Translations under genes and position numbers: made by a program
Part shown: piece after piece, positions 19,933-32,000 of the stretch
Numbering within the stretch: the first letter of the stretch is position 1
How the letters are laid out: each line of letters begins with the position of its first letter
NCBI GenBank assembly: GCA_041942055.1
Contig: CP145874.1
Span: 120,001 to 152,000 of the forward strand
Length of the DNA: 32,000 bases
DNA from: Candidatus Saccharimonadota bacterium
GTDB lineage: Bacteria; Pseudomonadota; Gammaproteobacteria; Enterobacterales; Enterobacteriaceae
Direction: 5' to 3'
Notes under the pieces: model-generated
Databases searched by the model: none
What the model was told of the DNA's origin: nothing
Seen by the model: the letters and a program-made list of their open reading frames with translations, nothing else

Positions 19933-20379
19933 ATGTATATTGAAGAAATTCTTAACCTTTTACCACATCGATTTCCTTTTTTACTAATTGATCGTATAAT
20001 AAATTTTGAAAAAGGACATTTTTTACGTGCAATAAAAAATGTTTCAATTAATGATCCATTTTTATCCATGCATTTTCCTCATCATCCGATTGTACCTGGA
20101 GTACTAATTCTTGAATCTTTAGCACAAGCTTCATGGATTCTGGCTGTAAAAAGCTTTGGAAAATTAAAAGTGGATTATTTTTATTATTTGGTTGGGATTG
20201 ATAAAGCAAGATTTAAACGGATTGTTTTTCCAGGAGATCAAATGATTTTAGAAATAGAATTTATTAAAGAACGTCAAGGTTTAAATTTTTTTCAATGTAT
20301 TGCAAAAGTAAAAAATGAACTGGCTTGTACAGCATTAATAAAGTGTCTTCTAAAAAAAAAAATTATTAAACATCCATAG
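19933..20379 (+). CDS. fabZ: 3-hydroxyacyl-ACP dehydratase FabZ
   Basis: 148 aa. Motifs seen: [46 protein letters not shown]. Confidence 0.92.
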   Translation: MYIEEILNLLPHRFPFLLIDRIINFEKGHFLRAIKNVSINDPFLSMHFPHHPIVPGVLILESLAQASWILAVKSFGKLKVDYFYYLVGIDKARFKRIVFPGDQMILEIEFIKERQGLNFFQCIAKVKNELACTALIKCLLKKKIIKHP

Positions 20380-20411
20380 TATTGAAAAATAAATTACAAA
20401 TAATTTAGATT

Positions 20412-23400
20412 ATGATTAAACCTCGTTTTGTTCATCTACGTATTCACAGTGATTATTCTATTAAAGATGGTTTAGCTAAAATTGATATGCTTGTCAAAAA
20501 GGCAGCTACATTAAATATGCCATCAATGGCTATTACTGATGATACTAACCTCTTTGGTGTAATTAAATTTTATCAACATGCTTGGAAAAATGGTATAAAA
20601 CCAATCATAGGAGCTGATTTTCAAATTTCTCATCCCATTATGCAGAATGAATTGTGTCAGATTACTACAATTGCTATTAATAATATAGGATACAAGAACA
20701 TTATTCAACTCATTTCACAGGCTTATCAACATGGTTATGGTTTACAACAACAAGGAGTAATTATCAAACAACAATGGTTAGCTATGTTTTCTGAGGGAAT
20801 TATATTATTATCTGGTGGGCGTAATGGTGATATTGGAAAAAATTTATTAAAAAATAATAAATCTTTAATTTCAAGTTTTCTAGATTTTTATCAAACGTTT
20901 TTTCCTAATAGATATTATTTAGAGTTAATTCGTACTAATAGACCTAATGAAGAAAATTATTTACATGCAGCGATAGATTTAGCTATAAAAAAAAATATTC
21001 CGGTTGTTGCTACAAATGAAGTTTGTTTTCTTGAATCTTCAGATTTTCAGGCGCATGAGATTCGGGTTGCAATTCATGAGGGTTATACTCTGTTGGATCC
21101 TAAACGTCCTATAAATTATAGTCCCCAACAATATTTTCGTAATGAAGAAGAAATGTGTCATTTATTTGCAGATATTCCTGAAGCTCTAGAAAACACTGTG
21201 GAAATTTCAAAACGTTGTAATGTCATTCTTAATCTGGGAAGCAAATATTTTCTACCTCAGTTTAATACGGGATGTATGAGTGCTGATCAATACCTTATTA
21301 ATAAGGCACGTCAGGGATTAGAAAAACGTCTCCTATTTTTATTATCAAATAAAAATCTACAAATGCAAAAAAGATCTAAATATGATGATCGTTTAGAAAT
21401 GGAATTAAAAGTAATTAATCAAATGGGTTTATCGGGTTATTTTTTAATAGTTATGGAATTTATTCAGTGGTCAAAACAACACCAGATTTTGGTTGGACCA
21501 GGTCGTGGCTCGGGTGCGGGATCTTTAGTCGCTTATGCGTTAAATATTACAGATGTTGATCCGTTACAATTTGATTTGTTATTTGAAAGATTTTTAAATC
21601 CTGAACGTATCTCTATGCCAGATTTTGATATTGATTTTTGTATGGAAAAACGTGATCTCGTAATAGATCATGTAGCTGATACTTATGGAAAAGAAGCGGT
21701 TTCACAAATTATTACTTTTGGTACCATGGCTGCTAAAGCAGCACTTAGAGATGTAGGTCGAGTATTAAGTTATTCTTATACTTTTGTAAATAGTATAACT
21801 AAATTAATTCCATCTAATATTGGAATAACTTTAAAACACGCATTAAAAATTGAACATCAATTAATGCAATTATATAAGTCCAATGACGAAGTAAAAATAT
21901 TAATAGATATGGCTTCAAAATTAGAAGGAGTAATACGTAATGCTAGTAAACATGCTGGGGGTGTTGTCATAGCACCTACAAAAATTACAGATTTCGTCCC
22001 TATTTACTTTGATGGAAAGACTAACAATCCAGTTACACAATTTGATAAAAATGATATAGAAACTATAGGATTAGTTAAATTCGATTTTTTAGGGCTGCGT
22101 ACTTTAACTATTATTAGTCGAGCATTAGAAATGATCAACTTGAAACGTAAAAAAATCCATCAAGATCCTTTATCTATCGTACAAATCGCATTAAATGATA
22201 GTGAAAGTTTTTGTTTATTAAGACAAGCAGAAACTACAGCTATTTTTCAACTAGAATCCAAAGGAATGAGAGATCTTATTAAAAGATTGAAACCTGATTG
22301 TTTTGAAGATTTAATTGCATTAATAGCACTATTTCGTCCAGGACCTTTGCATTCTGGTATGGTAGAAAATTTTATCAAACGTAAAAATGGAATTGAGAAT
22401 ATTTCATATCCCGACATAAAATGGCAACATTGCTCTTTAAAAAACATTTTATCTCCAACATATGGAATAGTTCTTTATCAGGAACAAGTAATGCAAATTG
22501 CTCAAGTTTTATCCGATTATACTCTTGGTGAAGCTGATATTTTACGACGAGCAATGAGTAAAAAAAAATCAGCAGAAATGGCTCAACAGCGATTAAGATT
22601 CAAAACGGGAGCTGAAAACAAAGGTATTAATGGTGAACTTGCCCTGAGAATATTTAATTTATTAGAAAAATTTGCCGGATATGGATTTAATAAATCACAT
22701 TCAGTTGCTTATGCTTTATTATCTTATCATACCTTATGGTTAAAAACACACTACTATGAAGAATTTATGGCGTCAGTTATGAGCTGTGAGATGGATAATA
22801 CTGACAAGCTTAGAGCATTATCAAATGAAGTTTTACGAACTGGAAGAAAAATTTTACCACCAAATATTCATACTGGAACATATCATTTTTATGTTAACGA
22901 TAATAATGAAATTGTTTATGGTCTTGGAGCAATTAAAGGAATAGGGATAGCAGCTATACAAGAAATTCTTCAAGCTAGAAAACAAGGAGGAAGGTTTAAA
23001 AATATCTTTGATCTTTGTTTACGTATAGATACCAAAAAACTCAATCGTCGATTATTAACAATTTTAATTAAATCTGGTACTTTAGATTCATTAGGCCAAA
23101 GTAGAGAAGATATGTTGAATACTGTCGATAATACTTTTAAAACTGTACATCAATATACTCAAGTAAAAAAGAGCGGTCAGAAGGATATGTTTGGCGGTAT
23201 AAAAAATCAAAAACCAATAGAAAAAAATCAACCAGTAGTGCAATTTCCACAACATATATTGTTGTCAGGAGAACGTGAAACTTTAGGTCGGTATTTTACT
23301 GATCATCCTATAAATCAATATAAAAATGAAATCAAACACTATAGTCAAATAAAATTAATAGATCTTGATTCTTATCAAGTAGGAGCTTTTATTACAGTAG

Positions 23401-23906
23401 TTGGTTTATTGGTTAATAAGAAAATTGTTCCTATAAAAAATGGTAATCGTATGGTAATTTGTACTTTAGATGATGGTTCGAGTTGTATAGAGGTAATATT
23501 GTTTACTAATTTATTAGAAAAATGTCAATATTTTTTAAAAAAAGACAAGATTTTGATTATTAGTGGTAAAGTTAGTACTGATAATTTTAGGGAACGAAAG
23601 ATTATAGCTAATAAAATTATGGATCTTCAAGAAGCACGTAATAAATATGTGAGTGGAATTGGTATATTTCTCAATAGTAATCAAATTAATCAAGAATGTT
23701 TAAAAAGTATCCGTGATTGTTTAGAAAAATATAATTCTGGAATTATACCCATACATTTCTATTATCAGAGCATAGTAGCTCAAGCTAAAGTAAAATTAAA
23801 TTTAAAAGATATTTGGACAGTATCACCGCAAAATGATTTAATCAATGATCTACGTATTTTATTAGGATATGAATCGGTGAAGCTAGAGTTTTTAAATAAT
23901 TTATAG
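20412..23906 (+). CDS. dnaE: DNA polymerase III alpha subunit
   Basis: 1164 aa versus 1160 aa in E. coli. Motifs seen: [21 protein letters not shown] (PHP domain), [61 protein letters not shown]. Confidence 0.97.
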   Translation: MIKPRFVHLRIHSDYSIKDGLAKIDMLVKKAATLNMPSMAITDDTNLFGVIKFYQHAWKNGIKPIIGADFQISHPIMQNELCQITTIAINNIGYKNIIQLISQAYQHGYGLQQQGVIIKQQWLAMFSEGIILLSGGRNGDIGKNLLKNNKSLISSFLDFYQTFFPNRYYLELIRTNRPNEENYLHAAIDLAIKKNIPVVATNEVCFLESSDFQAHEIRVAIHEGYTLLDPKRPINYSPQQYFRNEEEMCHLFADIPEALENTVEISKRCNVILNLGSKYFLPQFNTGCMSADQYLINKARQGLEKRLLFLLSNKNLQMQKRSKYDDRLEMELKVINQMGLSGYFLIVMEFIQWSKQHQILVGPGRGSGAGSLVAYALNITDVDPLQFDLLFERFLNPERISMPDFDIDFCMEKRDLVIDHVADTYGKEAVSQIITFGTMAAKAALRDVGRVLSYSYTFVNSITKLIPSNIGITLKHALKIEHQLMQLYKSNDEVKILIDMASKLEGVIRNASKHAGGVVIAPTKITDFVPIYFDGKTNNPVTQFDKNDIETIGLVKFDFLGLRTLTIISRALEMINLKRKKIHQDPLSIVQIALNDSESFCLLRQAETTAIFQLESKGMRDLIKRLKPDCFEDLIALIALFRPGPLHSGMVENFIKRKNGIENISYPDIKWQHCSLKNILSPTYGIVLYQEQVMQIAQVLSDYTLGEADILRRAMSKKKSAEMAQQRLRFKTGAENKGINGELALRIFNLLEKFAGYGFNKSHSVAYALLSYHTLWLKTHYYEEFMASVMSCEMDNTDKLRALSNEVLRTGRKILPPNIHTGTYHFYVNDNNEIVYGLGAIKGIGIAAIQEILQARKQGGRFKNIFDLCLRIDTKKLNRRLLTILIKSGTLDSLGQSREDMLNTVDNTFKTVHQYTQVKKSGQKDMFGGIKNQKPIEKNQPVVQFPQHILLSGERETLGRYFTDHPINQYKNEIKHYSQIKLIDLDSYQVGAFITVVGLLVNKKIVPIKNGNRMVICTLDDGSSCIEVILFTNLLEKCQYFLKKDKILIISGKVSTDNFRERKIIANKIMDLQEARNKYVSGIGIFLNSNQINQECLKSIRDCLEKYNSGIIPIHFYYQSIVAQAKVKLNLKDIWTVSPQNDLINDLRILLGYESVKLEFLNNL

Positions 23907-23909
23907 TCA

Positions 23910-25244
23910 ATGATAAATTCATTAAAAAAACAGTTAGAGTTAAATGGGTATTTAAAATTATTAATTGCTTATAGTGGTGGTATAGATTCTACTGTATTAT
24001 TACATCAATTAACACAGTTACGTCAACAACACCATTTGTGCTTAGAATTACGTGCTATTCATATTAACCATGGTATTAATCCTAATGCAAATTTATGGAT
24101 GTTACATTGTAAAGAACAATGTTTAAAATGGAACATTCTTTTTTCAAGCATTAAAATTAATTTAGATTTGAAGAATAAAAAAGATAAAGGAATTGAAGCG
24201 GCTAGTCGTATAGCACGTTATAATGCTATTTTTAAGGCACTCTTACCAGGAGAAATATTATTAACTGCACATCATATGGATGACCAATGTGAAACCTTTT
24301 TGTTAGCATTGAAACGAGGAAGTGGACCTTCGGGTTTATCCTCTATGCCTTTAATAAAAAAAAACCTTGAAGGTAAAATACTCTTTCGACCTTTTTTAAA
24401 TTATGATCGTAAAACTATTGAAAAATGGGCTAATCAATATCAATTAGGTTGGATTAATGATAATAGCAATTATGATACATCTTTTGATCGCAACTTTTTA
24501 CGCATTGAAGTATTACCTGTATTAAAAAATAAATGGCCTCAGTTTTGCAAAACTGTAACACGTAGTGCTAAACTCTGTGCATATCAAGAACAATTATTAC
24601 ATGATTTATTAACAGAATATCTGCAAAAATTCACAAAAGATGATGGAAGTTTAATAATAGATGATTTACATAATCATAGTGATATTAAGGTTTATGCAAT
24701 ACTTAGACAATGGTTAATTAACCATAAGATTATTGCACCATCATTTAAAATAATTCAAGCCATTTGGCGTGAAATAATATGTAGTCGTAAAGATGCATTA
24801 GCATGTATAAAAATTGGAAAATCGGAAATTCGACGATATCATAATGTTATCTATTTACTTGATACAATGCCTTCAATCAAAGAACACATACTTCATTGGA
24901 GATCACCATGGCAACCATTACAGTTACCTAATAAATTAGGTATAATTAAATTACACCATACTCATGGAATGTTAATGCGTTCCCCAAATTTAGTACGTGA
25001 AAAGGTTAGCATACGTTTTAAAGTTCAAGGAAAATTTTTACTATCAGGACGTTCAGCAGGCCGTCGTTCGATAAAAAAAATCTGGCAGGAATTAGCTGTT
25101 CCTTACTGGTTACGAGAACGTATCCCATTGATTTTTTATAATGAAATATTAATAGCGGCAATGAATTTTTTTATAACTCAGGAAGGATCAGCTAATAAAA
25201 AATTTTTTTGGTATCTCCAATGGGATAAGGAAAAATTATTTTAA
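23910..25244 (+). CDS. tilS: tRNA(Ile)-lysidine synthase
   Basis: 444 aa. Motifs seen: PP-loop [53 protein letters not shown], and the C-terminal [28 protein letters not shown]. The start is 3 nt after the dnaE stop. Confidence 0.9.
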   Translation: MINSLKKQLELNGYLKLLIAYSGGIDSTVLLHQLTQLRQQHHLCLELRAIHINHGINPNANLWMLHCKEQCLKWNILFSSIKINLDLKNKKDKGIEAASRIARYNAIFKALLPGEILLTAHHMDDQCETFLLALKRGSGPSGLSSMPLIKKNLEGKILFRPFLNYDRKTIEKWANQYQLGWINDNSNYDTSFDRNFLRIEVLPVLKNKWPQFCKTVTRSAKLCAYQEQLLHDLLTEYLQKFTKDDGSLIIDDLHNHSDIKVYAILRQWLINHKIIAPSFKIIQAIWREIICSRKDALACIKIGKSEIRRYHNVIYLLDTMPSIKEHILHWRSPWQPLQLPNKLGIIKLHHTHGMLMRSPNLVREKVSIRFKVQGKFLLSGRSAGRRSIKKIWQELAVPYWLRERIPLIFYNEILIAAMNFFITQEGSANKKFFWYLQWDKEKLF

Positions 25245-26437
25245 AATATAATCTTATTAGTGATAAAATCAATAATATTTTTAGTACTTATAAGAATATT
25301 TTTTTCATTTGTTTGATCTCGTTGTTTGTATTCTACTTGTTGGTATTTTAAATTGCGATCACTAATAATAATGATATGTGGAATTCCTATTAAATCTATA
25401 TCAGCTAGCATTACACCTATATGATCTGCTCGATCATAGAGAAGAATTTCTATACCTTTTGCAGACAGTAAATAATATAATTTTTCGGCGAGATTTTTAA
25501 CATGTATAGAGTTATAAAAATTTATAGGCAAAATAGCTACTTGAAATGGTGCTAAGATTATTGGCCATATAATACCATTGTCATCATGATACTGTTCAAT
25601 GACAGCTGCTATCAGGCGCGAAATACCTATTCCATAACATCCCATGAAAATTATTTGGTGATTTCCATATTTATCTTTAACTGTAGTATGCATAGTGCTA
25701 GAATATTGTGTACCTAATTGAAAAATATGTCCTACTTCAATTAAACATTTAGCTTCAGTAATTTCATCCGTTCTTTTAAAGTTTTGATTAGTTTGGCTAA
25801 ATACTTGAAATTCATGAGATATAGTTCCTCCAATAGCACCAGTATCTGCCGATACTACACGATACTTTAAATTTAATTTATTAAGTATTCTAGTATAGGT
25901 ACTATACATAATAGTATAGGTATCTTCTAAACATTTTTGACTAGAATGGAATGAATAAGCATCTTTCATGATAAATTCGCGTGCACGCATGATACCAAAA
26001 CGTGGTCTAGTTTCATCACGAAATTTAGTTTGAATTTGATACAAATTCAGTGGTAATTGTTTATATGAATTAAGTTCAGTACGCATTAAAGCAGTAATAA
26101 TTTCTTCATGTGTAGGACCTAAGACAAAATTACGATTATTACGATCAACAAAACGTAATAACTCTGGACCATATTGTTTCCACCGACCGCTTTCTTGCCA
26201 TAATTCTGCAGGTTGAACTAATGGCATATAAATTTCTAAAGCACCTATCTTATTCATTTCTTCACGTATTATTTGTTCTATTTTTCTTAAGATGCGCATA
26301 CCTGTAGGCAACCAGGTATATAAACCAGATGCTATTTGACGAATTAATCCCGCACGTAGCATCAACTGATGGCTAATATTTTCTGTATTCTTAGGTTTCT
26401 CTTTCAATGTAAAGAGAATATATTGAGTAGTACGCAT
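25241..26437 (-). CDS. proS: Prolyl-tRNA synthetase, bacterial type but lacking the INS editing domain (398 aa)
   Basis: The N-terminus [41 protein letters not shown] is near-identical to recalled E. coli ProRS. Motif 2 ([26 protein letters not shown]), motif 3 ([16 protein letters not shown]) and the anticodon-binding domain ([11 protein letters not shown]) are present. About 170-180 aa between HEFQV and [10 protein letters not shown] are replaced by a 20-aa linker. Confidence 0.9.
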   Translation of the reverse strand: MRTTQYILFTLKEKPKNTENISHQLMLRAGLIRQIASGLYTWLPTGMRILRKIEQIIREEMNKIGALEIYMPLVQPAELWQESGRWKQYGPELLRFVDRNNRNFVLGPTHEEIITALMRTELNSYKQLPLNLYQIQTKFRDETRPRFGIMRAREFIMKDAYSFHSSQKCLEDTYTIMYSTYTRILNKLNLKYRVVSADTGAIGGTISHEFQVFSQTNQNFKRTDEITEAKCLIEVGHIFQLGTQYSSTMHTTVKDKYGNHQIIFMGCYGIGISRLIAAVIEQYHDDNGIIWPIILAPFQVAILPINFYNSIHVKNLAEKLYYLLSAKGIEILLYDRADHIGVMLADIDLIGIPHIIIISDRNLKYQQVEYKQRDQTNEKNILISTKNIIDFITNKIIF

Positions 26438-26472
26438 ACAATAAATAATATCTTAATAGCACACCAAATAAT

Positions 26473-29400
26473 TTAATTAGAGTTTAATAATTTTGCTAAT
26501 TTTGCCGTAGCTTCTTCAGTACTGGTTAATTGTCGTATTTTTTTACGTCTGCGTAATCTTTCTTGATGATGAGAATACCCAGTACCTGCAGGAATTAATC
26601 GACCTACTATTACATTTTCTTTTAATCCTCGTAGTTCATCATTTTTACCAGCTACTGCTGCTTCGGTTAAAACACGTGTAGTTTCCTGAAATGAAGCAGC
26701 TGAAATAAAAGATTCGGTTGCTAATGAGGCTTTGGTAATTCCTAATAACTCACGTTGATAAGTAGCCGGAATCTTACCTTTATTTCGCAATTCATTATTT
26801 ATTATTTTAACTCTAGAATATTCAACTTGTTCTCCCTCTAAAAATAGAGAATCCCCCGGTTTTTTAATAGTTACTTTACGTAACATCTGGCGTACAATAA
26901 CTTCAATGTGTTTATCATTAATCTTTACTCCTTGTAAACGATACACTTCCTGTACTTCATTTGTAATATATTCGGTGACAGCATGTATTCCTCGTAATCT
27001 TAAAATATCATGGGGAGATTCGGGACCATCAGAAATTACATCACCAGGTTGTACATATTCTCCTTCAAGAACATTTAATTGTCTCCATTTAGGAATCATT
27101 TCTTCGTATGGTTTATTATCATCAGTATTATTATCTAAGGCAGTTATTATTACACGACGTTTACCTTTGGTTTCTTTACCAAAAGAAATTATTCCTGGAA
27201 TTTCAGCTAGTATTGCAGGGTCTTTTGGACGACGAGCTTCAAAGAGATCAGCCACACGAGGTAATCCTCCAGTAATATCTTTGGTAACTACTGATTCTTG
27301 AGGTACTCTTGCTAGAGTATCTCCAGAATTTACCCATATATTATCTTCAAGCTGAACAATGGCTTTACCAGGAAGAAAATATTGTGCTGGCATATCTGTA
27401 CCAGGTAACAAGACTTCTTGTCCATCCTTATGAACAATTTTTAAAGCTGGCCTTAAATCTTTACTTCCAGAAGGACGTTCTGCTGTATCTAAAATTACGA
27501 TAGAAGATAAACCAGTTAATTCATCGGTTTGACGAATGATAGTTTGTCCGTCAATCATATCTGTAAAATTAATCAAACCACTCACCTCGGTTATAATAGG
27601 CATTGTATGTGGGTCCCAATTAGATATTATTTCTCCTGCATGAACTATTTCCTGATTTTCTTTTTTTAGAATAGCACCATAAGGAATTTTATAATTTTCT
27701 TTAGTACGACCTAATTCATCGATAATTTTTAATTCTACATTTCGAGATGTAATAACTAATTCACCATTAGAATTTTTAACAAATTTTGCATTGATTAATT
27801 TTAACCATCCGTTATTTTTTACTTCAATACTTGACTCTGCTGCAGAACGCGAAGCAGCACCCCCTATATGAAAGGTACGCATAGTTAATTGTGTACCTGG
27901 TTCCCCAATAGATTGAGCTGCTATAACTCCTACTGCTTCACCTTTGTTAATCAAATGTCCACGTGCTAAATCTCTTCCATAACAGTAAGCACATACTCCA
28001 AAATTAGTATCACAGGTAACTACTGAACGTACTTTTACACTATCTATAAAATTATTTTCTAATAATTCACATAATTCTTCATTTAATAATGTATTACGTG
28101 AAATTAATATATCATCAGTACTATTATTTTTTAATATATCTTGTGCAATGACACGACCTAATACTCGTTCTCGAAGGGATTCTTTAATCTCACCTCCTTC
28201 AATTACTGGAGTCATTAAAACACCCTCAAGGGTTTTACAATCATCTTCAGTGACAACTAAATCCTGTGCAACATCAACTAATCTACGAGTGAGATATCCT
28301 GAATTTGCAGTTTTTAAAGCGGTATCTGCTAATCCTTTACGAGCTCCATGTGTAGAAATAAAATAATGAAGTACATTCAGACCTTCACGAAAATTTACAG
28401 TGATTGGAGTTTCAATAATAGAACCATCTGGTTTTGCCATCAAACCACGTATTCCTGCTAACTGACGTATTTGTGCCGCTGAACCTCGAGCCCCTGAATC
28501 GGCCATCATAAAAATACTATTAAATGAGGGTTGTATTTCTTCTTCACCTAGACTATTTTTGACTTTTTCTATGGAAAGATTTTCCATCATAGCTTTAGCA
28601 ATACGTTCATTTGCTGTTGCCCAAATATCTATTACTTTATTATAGCGTTCTCCTGCAGTTACTAAACCTGAATTAAATTGATCTTGAATGGCTGCTACTT
28701 CTTTTTCGGCTTCTTGGACTATTTCTCCTTTATTATGTGGAATAACCATATCATCAATACCAACTGATGCTCCTGAACGAGTAGCATAGGCAAAACCTCG
28801 ATACATAATCTGATCAGCAAATAAAACCGTTTCTTTTAATCCTAAAATTCGATAACATGTATTTAATAAATTCGAGATAGATCTTTTACCTAACGTTTGA
28901 TTAACTAGATGGTATGGTAAACCTTTAGGTACAATCATCCAAAAAATAGCTCTACCAATAGTAGTATTTACTAATCGAGTTTGAGATAATAAAGTGCCTG
29001 TATTATCTCTAATAAATTCTGTAATACGTACTTTTACACGTGCATGTAGTTCTGCTAAACCTAGCTGATAAATATGTTCAGCTTCTTTAGGATTGGTTAA
29101 TATCATACCCTCTCCCTTAGCATTTACTTTATCTCTAGTCATATAATATAAGCCTAAAACTACATCTTGAGATGGAACTATAATTGGTTCTCCATTAGCA
29201 GGAGAAAGAATATTATTAGTAGACATCATCAAAGCTCGAGCTTCTAACTGTGCTTCTAATGTTAATGGAACATGAACGGCCATTTGATCTCCATCAAAAT
29301 CAGCATTATATGCTGCACATACTAGTGGATGAAGTTGAATGGCTTTACCTTCAATTAAAACTGGTTCAAAGGCTTGAATTCCTAGTCGATGTAATGTTGG

Positions 29401-30681
29401 AGCTCTATTTAATAAAACCGGATGTTCACTAATTACATCTTCAAGTATATCCCATACTATTGCTTCTTCTTTTTCCACCATTTTTTTTGCAGCTTTTATA
29501 GTAGTCGCTATTCCTTCTGATTCTAATTTTCCATAAATAAAAGGTTTAAATAATTCTAAGGCCATTTTTTTGGGTAAACCACATTGATGTAGACGTAAAT
29601 AAGGTCCCACAGTAATAACTGAACGACCTGAATAATCCACACGTTTTCCTAACAAATTCTGTCTAAATCTTCCTTGTTTACCTTTAATCATATCAGCTAA
29701 AGACTTTAAAGCACGTTTATTAGAACCAGTAATAGCACGAGTACGTCTACCATTATCTAGAAGAGCATCCACTGCTTCTTGCAACATTCTCTTTTCATTT
29801 CGCACAATAATATCTGGTGCAGCTAATTCTAATAATCTTTTCAATCTATTATTACGATTAATGACACGACGATATAGATCGTTTAAGTCTGAAGTTGCAA
29901 AACGACCTCCATCTAATGGAACTAGAGGACGTAAATCAGGTGGTAAAACTGGTAGAACACTTAAAATCATCCATTCGGGTTTATTACCAGATTGTATAAA
30001 AGATTCTAATATCTTAATACGCTTAGCTAATTTTTTACGCTTATTTTCAGATGTAGTTATGTCAATTTCTTCACGAAGTTGTTTACACTCACTTTGTAAA
30101 TTTATATTTCTTAATAGATGCTGAATAGCTTCTGCTCCCATTTTAGCTTCAAATTCATCACCAAACTCTTCTAAGGCCTCAAAATATTGCCTTTCGGTTA
30201 AAATTTGCCCACGTTCTAAATTGCTGATTCCTTCATCAACAATCACATATGATTCAAAATATAAAATACGTTCTATATCACGAAGTTGCATATCTAATAA
30301 TAAACCTATACGTGATGGTAAAGACTTTAAAAACCAAATATGTGCTATGGGAGAAGCAAGTTCGATATGTGCCATGCGTTCTCTACGCACTTTAGTTTGT
30401 GTCACTTCAACACCACATTTTTCACAAATTACACCTCTATGCTTAAGACGTTTATATTTTCCACATAAGCATTCATAATCTTTTATTGGTCCAAAAATGC
30501 GTGCACAAAATAAACCATCACGTTCGGGTTTAAACGTACGATAATTAATGGTTTCAGGTTTTTTGACCTCTCCAAAAGACCAAGAACGAATCATATCTGG
30601 TGAGGCTAAAGAAATTTTAATAGCATCAAATTCTTTAGTTTTACCTGGTTGCGACTTTAGAAGTTTTAGTAAGTGTTTCAC
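26473..30681 (-). CDS. rpoC: DNA-directed RNA polymerase beta' subunit
   Basis: 1402 aa versus 1407 aa in E. coli. Motifs seen: the Zn finger [23 protein letters not shown], the catalytic [12 protein letters not shown], the trigger loop region, and the C-terminal [17 protein letters not shown]. Confidence 0.98.
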   Translation of the reverse strand: MKHLLKLLKSQPGKTKEFDAIKISLASPDMIRSWSFGEVKKPETINYRTFKPERDGLFCARIFGPIKDYECLCGKYKRLKHRGVICEKCGVEVTQTKVRRERMAHIELASPIAHIWFLKSLPSRIGLLLDMQLRDIERILYFESYVIVDEGISNLERGQILTERQYFEALEEFGDEFEAKMGAEAIQHLLRNINLQSECKQLREEIDITTSENKRKKLAKRIKILESFIQSGNKPEWMILSVLPVLPPDLRPLVPLDGGRFATSDLNDLYRRVINRNNRLKRLLELAAPDIIVRNEKRMLQEAVDALLDNGRRTRAITGSNKRALKSLADMIKGKQGRFRQNLLGKRVDYSGRSVITVGPYLRLHQCGLPKKMALELFKPFIYGKLESEGIATTIKAAKKMVEKEEAIVWDILEDVISEHPVLLNRAPTLHRLGIQAFEPVLIEGKAIQLHPLVCAAYNADFDGDQMAVHVPLTLEAQLEARALMMSTNNILSPANGEPIIVPSQDVVLGLYYMTRDKVNAKGEGMILTNPKEAEHIYQLGLAELHARVKVRITEFIRDNTGTLLSQTRLVNTTIGRAIFWMIVPKGLPYHLVNQTLGKRSISNLLNTCYRILGLKETVLFADQIMYRGFAYATRSGASVGIDDMVIPHNKGEIVQEAEKEVAAIQDQFNSGLVTAGERYNKVIDIWATANERIAKAMMENLSIEKVKNSLGEEEIQPSFNSIFMMADSGARGSAAQIRQLAGIRGLMAKPDGSIIETPITVNFREGLNVLHYFISTHGARKGLADTALKTANSGYLTRRLVDVAQDLVVTEDDCKTLEGVLMTPVIEGGEIKESLRERVLGRVIAQDILKNNSTDDILISRNTLLNEELCELLENNFIDSVKVRSVVTCDTNFGVCAYCYGRDLARGHLINKGEAVGVIAAQSIGEPGTQLTMRTFHIGGAASRSAAESSIEVKNNGWLKLINAKFVKNSNGELVITSRNVELKIIDELGRTKENYKIPYGAILKKENQEIVHAGEIISNWDPHTMPIITEVSGLINFTDMIDGQTIIRQTDELTGLSSIVILDTAERPSGSKDLRPALKIVHKDGQEVLLPGTDMPAQYFLPGKAIVQLEDNIWVNSGDTLARVPQESVVTKDITGGLPRVADLFEARRPKDPAILAEIPGIISFGKETKGKRRVIITALDNNTDDNKPYEEMIPKWRQLNVLEGEYVQPGDVISDGPESPHDILRLRGIHAVTEYITNEVQEVYRLQGVKINDKHIEVIVRQMLRKVTIKKPGDSLFLEGEQVEYSRVKIINNELRNKGKIPATYQRELLGITKASLATESFISAASFQETTRVLTEAAVAGKNDELRGLKENVIVGRLIPAGTGYSHHQERLRRRKKIRQLTSTEEATAKLAKLLNSN

Positions 30682-30731
30682 AAATCAACTCCCTACGGGT
30701 ATAAAAATAATACAGTTTCAGTAATTTAGTG

Positions 30732-32000
30732 TTATTGCTTATCTTCTAATTCTAGATTTATTCCTAATGATCTAATTTCTTTTACTAGAACATTAAATGA
30801 TTCTGGCATCCCGGGTTCCATTTCATGATTACCATCTACAATATTTTTATACATTTTGGTTCTACCATTCACATCATCAGATTTAATAGTCAGCATTTCT
30901 TGTAGAGTATAAGCTGCTCCATATGCTTCTAAAGCCCAAACTTCCATCTCACCAAAACGTTGTCCACCAAATTGTGCTTTACCACCCAAAGGTTGTTGTG
31001 TAACTAGACTATAAGAACCAGTAGAACGAGCATGCATTTTATCATCAACCAAATGATTTAATTTTAACATATACATATATCCAACTGTAACAGGACGTTC
31101 AAATTTATCTCCCGTACGTCCATCAAATAAAGTAATTTGACCAGAGGGGGGTAACTCAGCTAATTGGAGCATTTCTTTAATTTCTGCTTCAGTAGCTCCA
31201 TCAAATACGGGGGTAGCAATTGGTACACCTTTTCGGAGATTGTTGGCTAATTGTAGAATTTCTGAATTAGAAAAAGTATTTAAATCTACCTTTTTTCTTA
31301 ATTTTACTCCTATCTCATACACTTTTTTAATAAAACTCCGTAAAATTGCAGCTGAAGTATGTTTTTTTAACAAAATATTAATTTTATCTCCAATGCCTTT
31401 AGCTGCCATTCCTAAATGAGTTTCTAAAATTTGACCAATATTCATTCTAGAGGGAACACCTAAAGGATTTAAAACAATATCTACTGGCACACCATTTTCA
31501 TCATATGGCATGTCTTCGATTGGATTAATTTTAGATATTACTCCTTTATTACCATGTCGACCAGCAATTTTATCTCCAAGTTGAATTGGACGTTTTACCG
31601 CTAAGTAAACTTTCACTACTTTTAATACTCCTGGAGCTAAATCATCACCCTGAGTGATTTTCTTACATTTTTCTTCATATTCCGATTTTAAGTGATCTTT
31701 TAACTCAGTGAATTGACGAAGAAGGTTATCTAATTCTTTGGGTCTATTTTCTTCAGGATCTAAATGAATATTTAATTCGTGTTCCCGTGTAAATAAATTC
31801 CACTTTTCTTTTTGGATTCCCAATGATGATAAGATCTTTTTTATGGTTGATTCGAATTTAGTTTGTAAAAATTCTAATTGCTCTGAATAATCCTTGTTTG
31901 CTTGACTAATTAACATTTCTTCTATTTCAAGACTTCTCTTATCTTTTTCTAGACCGTCACGGGTAAATATTTGCACATCAATCACTGAACCTGATACCCC
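30732..32000 (-). CDS. rpoB: DNA-directed RNA polymerase beta subunit, C-terminal ~422 codons (gene continues beyond the window)
   Basis: The frame stays open to position 32000 (..[16 protein letters not shown]..). [44 protein letters not shown] and [27 protein letters not shown] are near-identical to recalled E. coli RpoB. The 'M' at 31985 in the ORF track is an internal GTG codon. Confidence 0.98.
   Translation of the reverse strand, partial: GVSGSVIDVQIFTRDGLEKDKRSLEIEEMLISQANKDYSEQLEFLQTKFESTIKKILSSLGIQKEKWNLFTREHELNIHLDPEENRPKELDNLLRQFTELKDHLKSEYEEKCKKITQGDDLAPGVLKVVKVYLAVKRPIQLGDKIAGRHGNKGVISKINPIEDMPYDENGVPVDIVLNPLGVPSRMNIGQILETHLGMAAKGIGDKINILLKKHTSAAILRSFIKKVYEIGVKLRKKVDLNTFSNSEILQLANNLRKGVPIATPVFDGATEAEIKEMLQLAELPPSGQITLFDGRTGDKFERPVTVGYMYMLKLNHLVDDKMHARSTGSYSLVTQQPLGGKAQFGGQRFGEMEVWALEAYGAAYTLQEMLTIKSDDVNGRTKMYKNIVDGNHEMEPGMPESFNVLVKEIRSLGINLELEDKQ

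Noticed and set aside
26906-30478. Six plus-strand ORFs of 60-131 aa (26906..27301, 27309..27503, 28148..28366, 29250..29432, 29861..30124, 30221..30478) lying inside rpoC
   Set aside because: All are antisense shadow ORFs within a very highly conserved gene. Their translations are low-complexity (Ser/Arg/Thr-rich) with no recognisable motifs.

Overview
Strongly AT-rich (judged by eye, not computed), gene-dense window. Its proteins and local gene order match a reduced-genome gammaproteobacterial (Enterobacterales-derived) obligate endosymbiont; I cannot name the organism from sequence alone. All comparisons are by-eye alignments to E. coli K-12 orthologues recalled from memory. I support 26 apparently intact housekeeping CDSs: a fumarase/aspartase-family 5' stub, recB, sodA, fbp, tusE, yqjD-yqjE-yqjK, ahpC, tgt, map, rpsB-tsf-pyrH-frr-dxr, rseP-bamA-skp-fabZ-dnaE-tilS, and proS, rpoC and partial rpoB on the minus strand. 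I also support one tRNA-Ser(UGA), RNase P RNA (rnpB), two or three gene remnants (uppS, yajC, possibly a secD stub) and a few hairpins and promoter-like sites. I found no mobile element, CRISPR array, repeat family, toxin or defence cassette, or unexplained multi-gene block, so I do not claim a novel system here. Every ORF of 100 aa or more on the coding strand has a confident housekeeping assignment. The points worth a second look are all signatures of reductive evolution. (1) ProRS has cleanly lost its ~170-180 aa INS editing domain. (2) uppS is decayed but still recognisable, and cdsA is absent, directly downstream of an intact dxr. (3) lpxD, lpxA-lpxB-rnhB and accA are scarlessly excised from the conserved envelope cluster, while bamA, skp, rseP and fabZ stay intact. 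(4) The queA-tgt-yajC-secDF operon has collapsed to tgt alone. (5) proS now sits 35 bp downstream of rpoC. Smaller oddities follow in the findings.
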